This document shows, one piece after another, positions 37,189 to 50,244 of a stretch of 64,000 bases of DNA (position 1 is its first letter; each line of letters opens with the position of its first letter). Source of the stretch: Lama guanicoe (taxonomy: Eukaryota); NCBI GenBank assembly GCA_013239625.1, contig MU053557.1, positions 2,510,123 to 2,574,122 of the forward strand, in the 5' to 3' direction. A model generated the notes under the pieces. That model was not told the DNA's origin, searched no databases, and worked only from the letters and a program-made list of their open reading frames with translations. Position numbers and translations under genes: made by a program.

Positions 37189-40100
37189 ATCACCCCTCGC
37201 CCTCAAGCATCTCCCTGTTTAGTTTAGTCTGTTTGTTTGTTTTTGAATGGCCCTCACCGAGCCAGCCTTATCTTAGAGGGAGTTCTTCAGCTTTGGGCCT
37301 GTGCTCTCTCTCTCAATTCACCCAGCACTGTGGGGGCTACATTTTTCAAAACCAGAACTTGGACACAGCATCTGACCTAGGATTTTTGTGTCCTCTGATG
37401 TGATGATTTTTTTTTTTTTGAACCACATGTTGGGACAAAAACATGATAAGGGATTTTTTGAATTGTTAACTGATGGCAGATCTTCTGAATTCCAGAAACC
37501 TGTGCGAGAAGGAGTCTAGTGTCCAAAAATGCAATGGCTATGGGGAATGGCAGGAGAGCATATCTCACATCTGCATCATCTAGAAACTCAGCCTTCCTCC
37601 TCACGCTGTTCTAAAGGGAGTTACACGCCTCCAGGGTATTGGTTTTGCCCTTCACATTGGGAGGGAAGGAGAAAGGAGCTGAGCGATGCCTGGCTCCCTG
37701 TATTATCTTGAAAATGGAATGATGCATTTTGACAGTCAATTTTCTCTTCCCTATCCTTTAGAGCTCTCTAGCCAAATGATTTCCCCGTTGTCCCAAAGAA
37801 CTAAATGGCAAAAGCAAAACAGAGCACAGCATTCACGGCTAATATACAAGGCAGACAGCCAACAGATTGCTATTAAATTAACCCTGGGGCTTGACAGATC
37901 TGTTCATCCTGACCTCAATGGCTTACGGCATTCCTTATTAATGCTGAACCCAGGCAAATTACCTCTGCTAACAAAAGGGGTTAATCTGCCTCTCTGCTGG
38001 GACTCTGGAGGCAGCGCTGAGGACAGGAGGGGGCACAGCCAGTTTGGCAGCTGAGCTCCATGCTTGGAATGCAGAAGGCGGGAAGGTGAGGGCACCGCTG
38101 TGCCAGGCAGCAGCCTAAGGCATCATTTAAAATAATAATTGAAGACACTGGGAGGTCACTCCTTCAGGGATCAGCTTCAAACAAATAAGAAGCCAGAGCC
38201 ATAAATTACATCAGCAGTGGGGTGAGGGAATGGAGAGGGTGATGGCAGGATGCTAAGGGGTAGCATGGGGACCATTCAAAAGTCATTTCCTTCATCCCAG
38301 TTTGGAAAAAGCTTTCTACAAAAAAGATGTCTGTTGCAACGTTATCAAAGAAAACGATTGACAACAACCTACAAATACAGAAATAGGGAAACGACTAAGT
38401 TCCGATCTATTTCATTAAACTGTTTGTGCAATAGAATTCCAAGTCTGTTAAAAAAAACTTGTAAGAAAAATTGTATCTATAGTGTGATCAAAATGTCATT
38501 TAGAACTTACATTCTGAAACTGATGGCCTAAAAAGCAAAAGTACCAAATGCTAGTGAGAGTTCCATCTGGGTGAGCTTATGAGTTTCTTTTTCTTTTCAA
38601 TTATCCATTCGATTTCCACATTTCCTTTTAATGAAGTTGTAGTGTTTTCAGTGGAAAAAGAAAAGATATTTTCTATGTTTATTATATACAAGTATAATTT
38701 TAGGTGAGGTAAGTTAGCTATAAAATATATACGGTTTCATTGTAGCCATGTAAAAAGCATCAGAGAAAGAGAGAGAGAGGACAGGGTGGGAGGAAATATG
38801 GTTGTATCCTAGAGGGGCATTGGATTCTAAGGCTGGCATCTAAGTTGTCTTTCAGTGACCCTTGCTTGGGTCCATTCATTCATGTGTCCTTTCATGTATT
38901 TCATAAACATTCACAATCTGCCAGGACTCTTCTAGGTACAAGGGGTATAGCAGTGACCAAAGCAGACCAAAAATTCCCCTGACATGTGGAGCCTCTATTC
39001 TCGTAGGGGACTTGGTCAGTAAACAAGATATGTAAATGGTTTTAAATATCGATAACAAATTTATGTATACTGGATAGTAACACTGTTATGCAGAAAAATA
39101 AAGCAGGGAAGGGAGACAAGTGCGTTATGTGTGAGTGGGGAGGGGTGTGTGTGTGTGACTCTTGGATTGAACAGGAGAAGGCTTCCTGGATAAATCAAGA
39201 ATTAAATTTTTTTCCCTTTTATTTCCTTATTTATTTTTCTGAGCCCTTACTGTTGAGTCAGCTCACATTAAGTTAAAATTGTGATGTAAATTCACTGCAT
39301 GTACCCCAAAATTACATAGTGAGATTATAGGTCATTTTATAATCTCTACAATGAATATGTCTTATTAGATCAAGAAAACAAACAGTTAAAAAAGTCATTT
39401 CCTTGGCTTAGAACCATCTATGAAAGAGCTGAGAGGCCAGGAGCCTCATCTTTGGGTAAAGTTGAGGATAATATTGTGATAAATATTGTGATTTAACAAT
39501 ATACAGTCAAAAGATTGGAATTCAGCTTTGAATCCAATTCCATTTTGCTCAGAGAACATGGGAAGGTCATTCTCTCTCTCTCTGAGTTTCAGTTTCTTTG
39601 CCTTAGAATGGGTATTATCCTATTAATTCTGTTAGCCTCTGAGAATTCTGATGATCAAATAAGACAATGGAAAGAAGGTTACTTTACAGTAGACTCAATA
39701 ATCCCAAATTTCAAAGAAAACACGGATTTCTCCAAAAGACAGCTTTCACATGCATTAGTTTTGTGGGCTTTTGAGGGTGACTATCCTCATATGTTTCTGT
39801 TATCACTGCTGATTTTGCAGATACTGACAAGTTTTCCCCCAACTTTCCTTCTAAGCCAACCAATTACAGGAGAGCCCCACCACAGGCCAAGCTGGAGAGT
39901 GGAATCTAACTTTACCTGGGCAAGGTACCCATGTTCAAAAGCAGCTGAAGATTTTAAGATAGCACTTTAAGTCTGCCAGTCTACTGAGTGGAGAACAGCC
40001 TTACCAAGGTCTTGAAAACTGAGCATATTAGACTTGGATTCCATTTTAGGGACCATGAGTTTCTTTGAAGTCCTTATTTCCAAAGTCTGAATTTAATCTT

Positions 40101-40885
40101 TGGATATAAAGCAATGATTACAAAGCATCCAGATCTTGTGAGCTGAACGGACATGTTGCCTGATGATAACACACTGGAAATCTCCAAAGAGGACTCCGAG
40201 GAATAGTCCTCTCTTCAGAGCTTAAAAAAAGCCAATGTGCAAATATTCACAGAGGTTTTTGCCAATTGCTAGGCTCAATATGAGAGGACTGACAGAGACA
40301 CAGGGTGCCTACTGGTAACTGCCTTTAAGTGTGTGAGCTGCAAAAGACGCTGGAATAAGATGTCCTTTATGATTACGGGGTGTGTGTATGTGAGAAAGTC
40401 CTGTAACAACAGCCTCTTTCCTATTCATGTGACACAGAGCTTGAAATTTTAGAAAAACATCCCCAAAACCCAGTACTTCCTTCAAAGGCCAACACGAGTG
40501 TTGTTTTCTTTACGAAGTGTTCTAGCCCTTCTTTCATGATCCTTCCCACCTGCCTCTCCACAGCACCTTGAATGCACCTCTGTAAGAACACCTAACCCAT
40601 ATTATTATTATCTGAGTAATTTAAGACAGCATGATAGATTACATTTTACTGGAATACAGAGTGAGATAGACCTAGATTTTAATCCCAAATCCTGCGACAA
40701 GTTACATGATCTCAAATGCCTTTGAACTTGCTAACTTACCAACAAAGAGAGGAAGAAAACTACAGAAGATGATGTGCACATAACATACCTGCTACTTCAC
40801 ACAGGCTCAAAAGGCTGTTAGTCTCAGCCACCCCAGTACGGTTACATGTCTGCCTCCCTCTGTCCACATACTCATTTGGTAGCTT

Positions 40886-41404
40886 TGTGATATGCTGACT
40901 TGGTTAGGCTAAACATTTCTAAAATGCTTCTGGTTGCGGTAGGCTAACAAAGTATATTCTCTCAGGCAAGCTGGAGGCCAGAAGGGAGGAAGCAGCCACT
41001 TTGCACATATGCACAAGTTCTCCCAGTTATTTAGTGAAACAGCAATCTAAGTGCTGCTGTAAGGGATTCTGCAGACACGGTTAAAGGCACTAATAGTCGA
41101 CTTAAGTTAATCAAAGGGGGAGATCGCACTGGGCGGTCCTGAATTAATCAGTCAGAAGGCATTTAAACGAAGGCTTAGGTCTTCCTTGGGGAAGAGACTC
41201 CAAATGGATGCTAAGACTACAACTCCTCTCCCTTCTCTCTAAATCTTCCTTCTTGATGGCCACGTGTGGACATGGCCTGTGATGCTTACGCCTGTGGTGT
41301 TCTAGCTTGCTTGCTATTTTTCTGTTCCCACCACTGGCCTTACAGAACTTGGACTTGCTTGGCCAGGCACACAACTGCAAGGCTAATTCACTGTAACAAG
41401 TCAA

Positions 41405-41446
<42 letters not shown>

Positions 41447-41526
41447 TCCTGTCCCACCACCCCCTGCAAACACACACACACACTCTTCTGCTGCTTTTGT
41501 CGCTCTAGTTGAACTCTGATTGATAC
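40886..41526 (+). mobile_element. MLT2F-like ERVL LTR containing (CT)n and (CA)n microsatellites
   Basis: gacttggttaggctaa...aatctaagtgctgctgtaagggattctgcaga...cctgaattaatcagtcagaagg; (CT)~17 at 41409-41443; ends gaactctgattgataca. Confidence 0.6.
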
Positions 41527-44500
41527 ATCCACCCTCTAGATTATGTGGGCCATGATATCAGGGAGGGAGTTTTATTCATCTTGGCATCTCCAGTGCACAC
41601 AGTAAGTGCTCAATAAATATTTACGGGTTTTACTTTAATTCATTCTTGTGGCTCAGCAGCCTTCCTTAGGCAAGGTTTTTTAAGATGCAGAAACTCATAG
41701 TAGATCCACAGACCAGGATGCCAGGGCTCGTACGGTGTGGATCATTTAGCCTGTGGTTTTCTTAGGAGAGAATGGGATCCAAGCAACAAGGTAAGAACAG
41801 GGGGCTGGGGATATGTGCAAAGAACAACAGCTACTATTTATAGAGCCTTCTCTTGGTGCCAGTCATTTGAGTGGCACCAAGTGCTAAGTGCTTTACATGA
41901 TCACCTCCTTACAACAACCTTGTAAGAAAGGTGGCATTACTATCCCCATTAACTGATGAGGAAATTGGTGGCAGAGAAATGTTAAGCAACTTGTCAAGGT
42001 CAGACAGATTTTAGGAGATGAAGCTGGACTCAAACCCTGTGAATCTGACTCCAGAGTCTGCCTTCCCAATTACTAAGTGGTACTGCTCTGAGGCAGTTCA
42101 TGAAGCCCAAAAGAAGCCTGCAGAGTGGTACTCTTGCCCTTTCCCCTGACAACACGAGCCTCCAAGGGCTTGCCCTGTGGGAGGAGAAATCTCCAGTCCC
42201 ATAAAACCCTGGGTCTGGCCTCCGATACACAGGGTCAGCATCCACACAAGCAAGGCACCAGGTCTGGGGCAACCTGCCAAGGCTGCATTTAATATGGGAA
42301 GATGGGGGCTGCTCGGGCACACACAGGCCAATGTGCTGGACGTGTCATTGGAAGGGATGCTCTCCTTTTACACTAAATGCCAGTCTGAGATTGATATGTA
42401 CAGTTGTAGATGAAAGTCACAGCAGCAACAGGGGAGAGGAATTTGTACTAGCTCCACAGCTTCCCTCAGAGTCTGCATGGCAGAATCCTATTGGATTAAA
42501 AGGAAGGTTGCTGTCCATGGTACTATGGAGTGACAGATGCTAGAAGCCAAGAGTTGCAACTATATGGTCCCGTGATCAGGAAATCAACTCCAAGAGGGCC
42601 TCTTCAGTTGAGAAGTGAGGCTGATGCACAGGGCTGCTAAAACCAAGGTCAGAGACGATGTACCCTTGGAATCTAGAAGGCCTCTCCCAGAGAAATCTTC
42701 TGTCTTATGCCTAGAGACTGTACTTATGCAAGGTGTGTCTTTTGCTCATCTTGCCAGCCTTGCTTACACCATGCACTACTTCACTCTCAGGGCCTTCTTG
42801 AGTTTCTTCCAACATGCTCCCTTCTGCCACAGGACCTTTGTACATGATGGCCCAATCTCTCCACACCTCTTTGCCAAGTTAGCTCATACTCTTTCTCTTA
42901 CAAATCCCAACTCAATAATCAGTTCTTCAGTAAAGCCTTCTTTTATTCCTGTCAGGTTTTAAAAAAATGCTTTCACAGGACTTTTTGCACTTTGTAATTA
43001 GATACCCATGAGTGTGATTATTTGATGAATATCATTCTGAAAGCAAAAAAATTGTTTCTTCCCACTCTTGTATCCCCATGGCTTAGTGCAGTACCTGGCA
43101 CAAACTAGGTGCTCCGTATACAGTTGCTGAGAGCTGTAACTTTACTTTTACTTGATATGGATGTATTTAATAGGTCCCCTAATGGACTAGCTAAGAGCCT
43201 AGGTCAACTCATTCTCAGTCCTGCGAACAGAGTTCAAAGGATCCTAGGTATACCATAGTTTTCAGAAATAAGAGACATCCTTTTATAGCAATTTTCTTCT
43301 TATTGAAAAGTTAGGGCTGCCTCTTGTCCTAGAAAGTCACTAATATAGCAGTGAGTTATTATTGTTCTAATGTAGTTAACCCATTAAGGGCAAAGCCTGA
43401 TCACTTTAAGCCAGAACCTGTTACACTAAACAGAGACAGACTGGCTACAGATGGAAGGAAGAGGATTTAAGACCAAGTGCCATGAGGCTAGGAATGCCTC
43501 CCTCTGTTACGGTGCTAAACACAAGGCCTGGCCCTCAGAGATGCCATGTGAGTAGGGTAACTAAGGTATAATGAGAAACATCCTGCAGAGAACACCAGAC
43601 TGCAGAACCAGAGGAGGAGTCCAGAACTGAGAGGACTACCCAGATGATGAATTCAGCAGACTAGAATCCACCTGTCTAACATTCAACTTTTCTAGTTTCC
43701 TTTTCCTTTCAATAATACTTCTGATTATGTTTGCCCCTGTTTATTGATCGTTTATTTAGCAAGGTGCTGCCCTAAGCATATATGTATGTGTATGCATGTA
43801 CGTATACATATATGCACATATACACACAAATATATGCATGTGTATGTGTATATGTGTGTGTATAAAGACCTTTAAAAATTCTAACAATCCTCTTTGACAC
43901 AGCTGCTCTCTACAGATCATACAGTAGAGACTTGGCTAAGTTAAAAAATCATGTTAAAGCTCACACAGCCAACAAGTAGTAGAGCAGGGTGAGAATTTAA
44001 TGTTTGTTGGACTCCAAAGACTGTGTTCTCAACCATAATGCCAATGTCACACCAAATGCTAGTCACTGGAAGTTAATGACTTTTTAAAAAGCCATATTGC
44101 AAGACCACTTGTCTTAATATTTACTAGTACTTTTCTTTCCATATCCACATATTGTAATTTAAGTGGATTTTTCGGTATCTGTGAAATCATAGGATTGAGA
44201 TGATAGTTGTATTTTGTAATACTCATTATCATGGACATAATTATGAAAACAAAGCCCATGTAGCATTTAGAAGCACCTTGCCTACCACCTCAGTGGTACT
44301 CATACCACACTTCGGGAACCCCACATTTCTCTATCTTAAACCACATTTCTTCTGTCTCCTTAGTGGGTAAGGGCATTATAGGAATGGTGCTAAATAAACA
44401 CCATATGATTTAATAGGACCAATGTGAAGGTTGGCGTTTTCTGAGTTTGTTTTGAAGGAAGGCCGCTTCCTACCCCAGAGGTGGCTGCATTTCAGAGATG

Positions 44501-45144
44501 ATACACAAAAGGGTCGCAGTTTCTACATTCTGCTCAGTGCTTAGGGCGCTCTGGTTGAAAACAGCTATGTAGATATCAGTTATCATCATTCTCATGATGG
44601 CAATGATTATTTTACATATGGCTGCTTTAAGGGTGAATGGCACGGTCTCATTTGTATTCCAGCATCTGGCAGGCTGTCACACATCTGCAGAATATAACCT
44701 AAATTGTGCTATTAATATTTCCCCTTTGCATTCTCCCCAAGGCATCTGTCTCCTAACGTGCCTAAAGAAACTTCCCTCCCCCTTGAAAGCCTAGAGGCAA
44801 AATTCAGAAAACATGTCACCTAGGCTGGGGACAGCAGAAGCTCAGAGTGACAGCAGCTGAGCCTGAGCAGATTTCTGGCTCTTGGAATAGATGTCAAGGG
44901 AGAAAGGGAACCACCACCCACATTCGTTCTATTAGCAGCTACACTTCCAGGCAGAATCTGTAGGCAAATTCTCCTGGGCTCAGACAGTATGTTGAGTCTG
45001 CTCTGTGATCAACACAAGATACCAGTCATGGTCTTAGTGGTCAGTGCTCAGTGTTTCCATAATCACCACTACCAACTTACAGCTGCCTTCCCTGAAAAGC
45101 CTCGGGGAACTACTGAGCACTCTTCTGTGGTGGAGACTAGCTGA

Positions 45145-45528
45145 CTATGTACGCGAACCAGGGCTTTTTACTTATGTCCAACAGCTATGCTACATTTCCC
45201 AGCCTGCCTTGTGGTTAGAGGAGGTCATGTGACTGAGCTCTAGCCAATGGAATGCTTACTGCTTTAGACCCTGGCTCATAAGGGTCTCCCATGTGTGGTC
45301 CTATGCAATCATCCTGTTTTGCTGGACTGACGCAGATAAGCATGGTGACAATGGGGAGCCACAAGATGGAAAGGGCTTGAATCTCTGAATCCCTGATTGG
45401 AGGAGGCTGCCTGCTGATGGGAGACCATCAATATTGGACTTTAGAAGAGAAATAATCTTTTATGTGTTTGAGCCATTGTAGAGTCTATTTTACATCAGAA
45501 CATTCAGAGCTTCACCATGACTAATATA
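45145..45528 (+). mobile_element. LTR16-like ERVL LTR
   Basis: ctacatttcccagcctgccttgtggttag...gtcatgtgactgagctctagccaatggaatg...gagccacaagatggaaag...tgactaatata. Confidence 0.6.
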
Positions 45529-45619
45529 CTCTTAAGGTGAAACTCCCAGGTTAGATTTCATGATCAATTATCTACTGGATAGCTCTACTTTGATGACCTA
45601 CCAGTATTTCAAACTTGAT

Positions 45620-46440
45620 CTGTCCAACCAAAATGGTACTTTCTGTGTGTCAGAATATTCTCGGTACCAGGATACAGGAATGGATCACACAAAGTTCCTT
45701 TGCTCACAAAATTTACATTCTAATATGGCGAAACCCAAAAAATACAAATACAAAAAACAATTTCAAATAGTGATAAGTGCTATGAAGCTAACAAGGATAG
45801 AGGGTTAATGGGAGCTACTTGAGAGTTAAGGGAGGAAGTGCCTCTGAGGAGACATGAGACAGAAGTCTACATGCCGACAGCTGGTTAGCCATGTGTGCTG
45901 CAGGGAGAGAGTGTTCCAGAAACAGGGAAGGGCAAATGCGAAGAATGGAAGTATGAACAAGGTTTATCCAGGTACAGAAAAGAGGTTAGTTGGTTGAAGC
46001 AGAGTGAATTAGGGGAGAGCAGTGTGATAGGATATCAAAGAGGGAGGCAGGGCTACAATCGTAGAATCTCATAGTCCAAGGTCAAGAACTTGGATTTTAT
46101 TCTAAGTCCAATGGGAAGAGACTGGAGTGTTTTAGTGCAGGGAGGAATGATATCTGAATTACATGTTGGAAGGTCCACTCTGTTATGTGGAACGTGTGTC
46201 ATGTAGGAGAACAAGAGAGAATGGAGACCAGACAGGATGTACTGCAGTCACACAGGTGAGAGAAGAGTGGCCTATTCCAGCAAGGGTTGGCAGGAGTGGA
46301 GTTGGAGAGAAATGAGTTGATATGATATATATTTTAGAGGAAGCCAAGGCTGGGCTCACAGATGGATGGAGTAGGGGGTGGGGAGGCTGGTGAATGAGAG
46401 GGAAGATCAATATTGTTTCCAGCAGTTGCTCAGCTGCCTG
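45620..46440 (-). mobile_element. L2 LINE 3' region
   Basis: gaacttggattttattctaagtccaatgggaagagactggagtgtttt...aggaatgatatctgaattacatgtt is typical reverse-strand L2 sequence. Confidence 0.65.
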
Positions 46441-47297
46441 GGTAGTGAAACCATTAACCGGTCAGGTTTGGGGTGGGATGGACCACGTGGTAGGTGCTGA
46501 ATAAATGATCAATTTTTAATATTCAGTGAAGGGTCCACACAGTAGGGTGAGAATGCTGGCTCAGACACTCATTCAGCAGTATTTTGACTTCTCTACATTT
46601 TACCTAACAGAAGATAATAATACTAACATCGTGAGGTTGTTATGTCAGATGCAGTCTTGGCAGGTACAGACTGGGAGAAGTGTGATGGGGATGTAGGCAC
46701 TGCTAATAAAGTCTGGTTTTCCAATCTGGATGCTAGTTCCACAGGAGTGGCCTGTCTGTGCAAATTCATCAAGCTGGACAATTATGTGCCCTTTTCAAAA
46801 TGAGATTCTATGTGTGCAGTTCCCAGGGCAGTGCCTGGCATTCAATAAATGACAGCTATGATTATTCTCATTACTATGATACAATGAAAACCATCTCTTG
46901 TGTACCTGTGGTCTGTAACTGTCCATACAGGCCAATTGTGAATCCATTAACAAGAGGAAGGAACCCTAAGCTGAACTCTAGGGTCTGGTCTTACAACTGA
47001 TGAAGTCAAGTCTAGTTCTAATTCACACCACACAAATGCCTCTGTGTGAAGGAACTGATTCAGAGGTCCAAATCAGAGGCAGTCCTGGCCTACTATTTGT
47101 AATTCAGTGCTTCCCTAACTTTGTCTGGATGAAAGGGTGTCACAGATGCCAGTGTAATTTCAAAGAGAACAGCTCTCCACAAGTGCTAGGTCTTCAGTCA
47201 TGATTTGCCCCTCCCTATTCCACTTCCCCTCAAGCGTGCTCATACCTGAATACTCTTGATTCAAGCCAACTGGTTATTGGCCCCAAGGAAAGGATAC

Positions 47298-47475
47298 TAA
47301 AACTTTGATTGGTTATTTCAAAATTCCATAGGTTAATCCTCAGGTCATCAGCTGACATGTAGGTTTCATAGTCGCTGTTGACTGATATGGAGTTGATGTG
47401 ATATGTATGTGCGTTGGCAAATACTCTTCGCGGGGTGGCCTCCACCATCAGGTCCATGGGTCTCAGGACAGGCAC
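47298..47475 (-). CDS. PPP2R2B: PPP2R2B internal coding exon (178 nt, phase 0 to 1): [59 protein letters not shown](N)
   Basis: Translation matches the PP2A B55 family. Residues VLRP, ATPRRVF and [11 protein letters not shown] fit the beta paralogue as I recall it, rather than alpha (VFRP, ASPRRIF, LWHLEITDRSF). Acceptor tttctcttgtatcccag| and donor |GTATCCTT. Confidence 0.96.
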
Positions 47476-50145
47476 CTGGGATACAAGAGAAACAAATCAC
47501 TTCAGGACAAAAGCTCTTCACTAGGAAAAGAGCTTGCATGTTTATGTCCCTTATTATGATACACAAAAGAGCTGCAAGGTAGAGAAAGTGACTGATAAAT
47601 CACATGGTTCCTATTTCCTTTGGTTCCTTTTAGTTTTCCTCCTTCCGTAAAAAAAAGTCACCATCACTCAGCTCTGATGGGCAATTTCATCCTTTACATT
47701 CTAAGCTTTTTTCCAGGACCCTCCAGGTGGACTCATCTCAGGGGAACTTAGAACCCACCCTGGGGTCATCAGCTATCAGACTTGTTGCTCCAGATTGTTT
47801 GAAACATGTTTTTAAAAGGAAGTTGTGAGAAAATTTTAGAAAAGTCTATTTCAACTGAGATTTAAATTTATCCTTCATGGCTTTGATGGTCTAGACCCCA
47901 TTCTGGCTTTGTCCTCGATCCTTAAGGGAATTTTGGAAAAGCATATAATTGCCCAAGATTCTAGTAGCCCCAAGTCAGCCATTAGTATATAGGTCATCCC
48001 TTGACATCCTGTTTAACCTGGGAGTCTTGTTTAACCTGTTGTGTTGGTGTACCACCTTCACATTGATGATCCTTGCTGGGACAATAAGTTACATGGTCAT
48101 CTTACTGGTACACAAAGGATACTCAATAAGTACGTGTTTAAGGAGCAAGTAACGATATGTGAGTAAATGTTTTCTTCCCCACAGGTCAGAGAATCAGGCA
48201 GATAAATAGTTTCCATACAAGAAGCTCTTCCTGGCAAATATGAACAAGGACCCATCACTGTTCTGACTCTCTCTTTGATTCAAGGGCACTTCTGACTCCA
48301 TCTGGGCAAACTGGCTCTGGAGGAAGTAGTGAGAACACTAATGCCTGAAAGGGGACAGGTGAAAACCAAACCAAACAAACACAAAACGCAGGTGTGGTCC
48401 TTTAATAGAAACAAGAAAATCAAAGGACCAAAAGCTATTTTCTTTTCAAGGAAGTCATCTCTTGCGACCGAGCCCTGACTGATCTGATACCAGGTGGTCA
48501 ACTAAGATTTCAACTTGTGGACTTGTTTCAATCCAGGGGATAAGGGGAAGAAGATGAAAACCAAGTTTAAACTGTGGGAAGTACAGTCACCTCAACAATA
48601 TAACCTTTTACACATCAGAATTCTCCCAGCTCGGTCTTGAAGGATTTTGAGAGAGTTTTAAAATCAAATGAACAATTCAGAAGAATCACAGAATCCTGTG
48701 CAGATGTGGTGCTGGAAACCAGAGGTGGCTTGAGATGTGGCTGCAGGAAGAGCCAGGGGTCCCCTGAAAACCAGGAACGGGAGGGGAGGGCAAGTCTTTG
48801 TGAGCCCTCCACCCGGTTCTGGACAATGGTTCTAGAGCATAAGCCCAGGGGTGGCAAGAACTGGGAGGACTGGGTTCTGATCATAGATTCACCTCTCATT
48901 GACAGGTTGTGTGACCACGGGCCATTATCTTGCCCGTCCTGGGCTCTGGTTATACTATGTGAAGTATTCACTGTGTCCTAATTATCATGAAGGTTCACGG
49001 GGTCTGTTGAGATGACGTGCCCTCCAGTTCAGCCTTATCACTCACCCTTTTAGCAACATTTGCTTGAGTTCTGAACAAGCTCCTGGGGGGCTCAACTAGT
49101 AAGCAAAACCAGATCCAGGTCTTGCCTTCATATGGCTGGTCCAGATCATAGTGGTATATACAAACTCATCTCATAATAAAATGCAGTAAGTACCCAAAAG
49201 AAGAAATAGTGCAAAGGGGGAGTTTTAAATGGTCAGAGAGGTCTGGAGAGGTTTTGCTGAGGATGTATGAATTATATGACTCAAAGTACGAAGTTTACAA
49301 GGCCAGGAGGGAAAGGAAGAATATTCCAGTTGGCAGAAAGAGCACATGCAGAGGTCCTGTGGTAGGTGTGAGTAAGGAAAGAATGAAAGATTGAATGGTC
49401 AGCATAGTCAAGACAGAGAGTGATGGGAATCTTGGTGAGAGGTGAAGTACAGGGTAGTAAGAGGCAGGCCCCAAGAAAGACTTTTGCCATCACCTTAAGA
49501 GAAATTGGAAGAAATCAAAAGATTTCTAATGATTTTGATATGATTAGGTCCAAAATTTTGATTAGATCATTCCTGATTTGCAGTGGAGAACAAGTTGGAG
49601 GATGAATGAAGTAGAACTTTGAAAAGGAAAGTGATGCAGTATTGAACATCCAGGGTGCATCTGAGTTAAGTTTGTAATGGATTTTAAAAGTGACTTTATC
49701 CTTAGGACTCTCCCACAAGTATGTATTGGGCATTTACCCTTCATACACCATCTCAGGTAATTCTTTCAACAACTCTATGAAATAGATACTAGTAATACAA
49801 AGTGCTATTACAAAGAGAAAACTCAGGCTCAGAGAAGCTACGTCACCGGCCCAGGGTGGCACAGCTATAGGAGCCATAGCTAGAATCTGATCCCAGAGTT
49901 TACCTGACTGCAAGGCTGGTGCTTTCCCACTGTACCCCACCACACTTGAGTATCATACGTGGTAGGAAGTGATAAATGCTCTCTGAAATCTCAATTTGGT
50001 GTTACATGTGTTCACGGCTTTTGAGTGGGGCACCTCTTCCATGTGCTTGCAGAGATACACTCCAAGCTCTTGCAGTTTGTCATCTAGAAGTTCCCCACCT
50101 GGAGTTTATTTTTTCCCCAGGAAGTTTTAAAAATTTCGATTAAAA

Positions 50146-50244
50146 TTTTTTTTCATTTTATTTTTTTAAATGGAAATCCTGGGGATTGAACCCTGGACCT
50201 TGTGAGTGCTAAATATGCGTTCTACTACTGAGCCATACCCACCC
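50146..50244 (-). mobile_element. tRNA-derived SINE (Vic-1-like), diverged
   Basis: Reverse-strand head (ctggggattgaaccctggacct...ctactactgagccatacccacc) with a T-rich tail to the left. Confidence 0.82.

Larger units (their letters stand above)
34507..47297 (-). other. PPP2R2B: U12-type (minor spliceosome) GT-AG intron of PPP2R2B, ~12.8 kb
   Basis: 5' splice site GTATCCTTT (plus strand aaaggatac, 47289-47297). Branch site TCCTTGAC (plus strand gtcaagga, 34520-34527), with the branch A about 14 nt from the intron end. Confidence 0.93.

Noticed and set aside
36758..37227. Proline-rich and glycine-rich ORFs
   Set aside because: These are translations of the poly-C tract.
42507..42527. REST/RE1-like site (gctgtccatggtact)
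   Set aside because: The GCTGA half-site is broken (actat), so the match is partial only.
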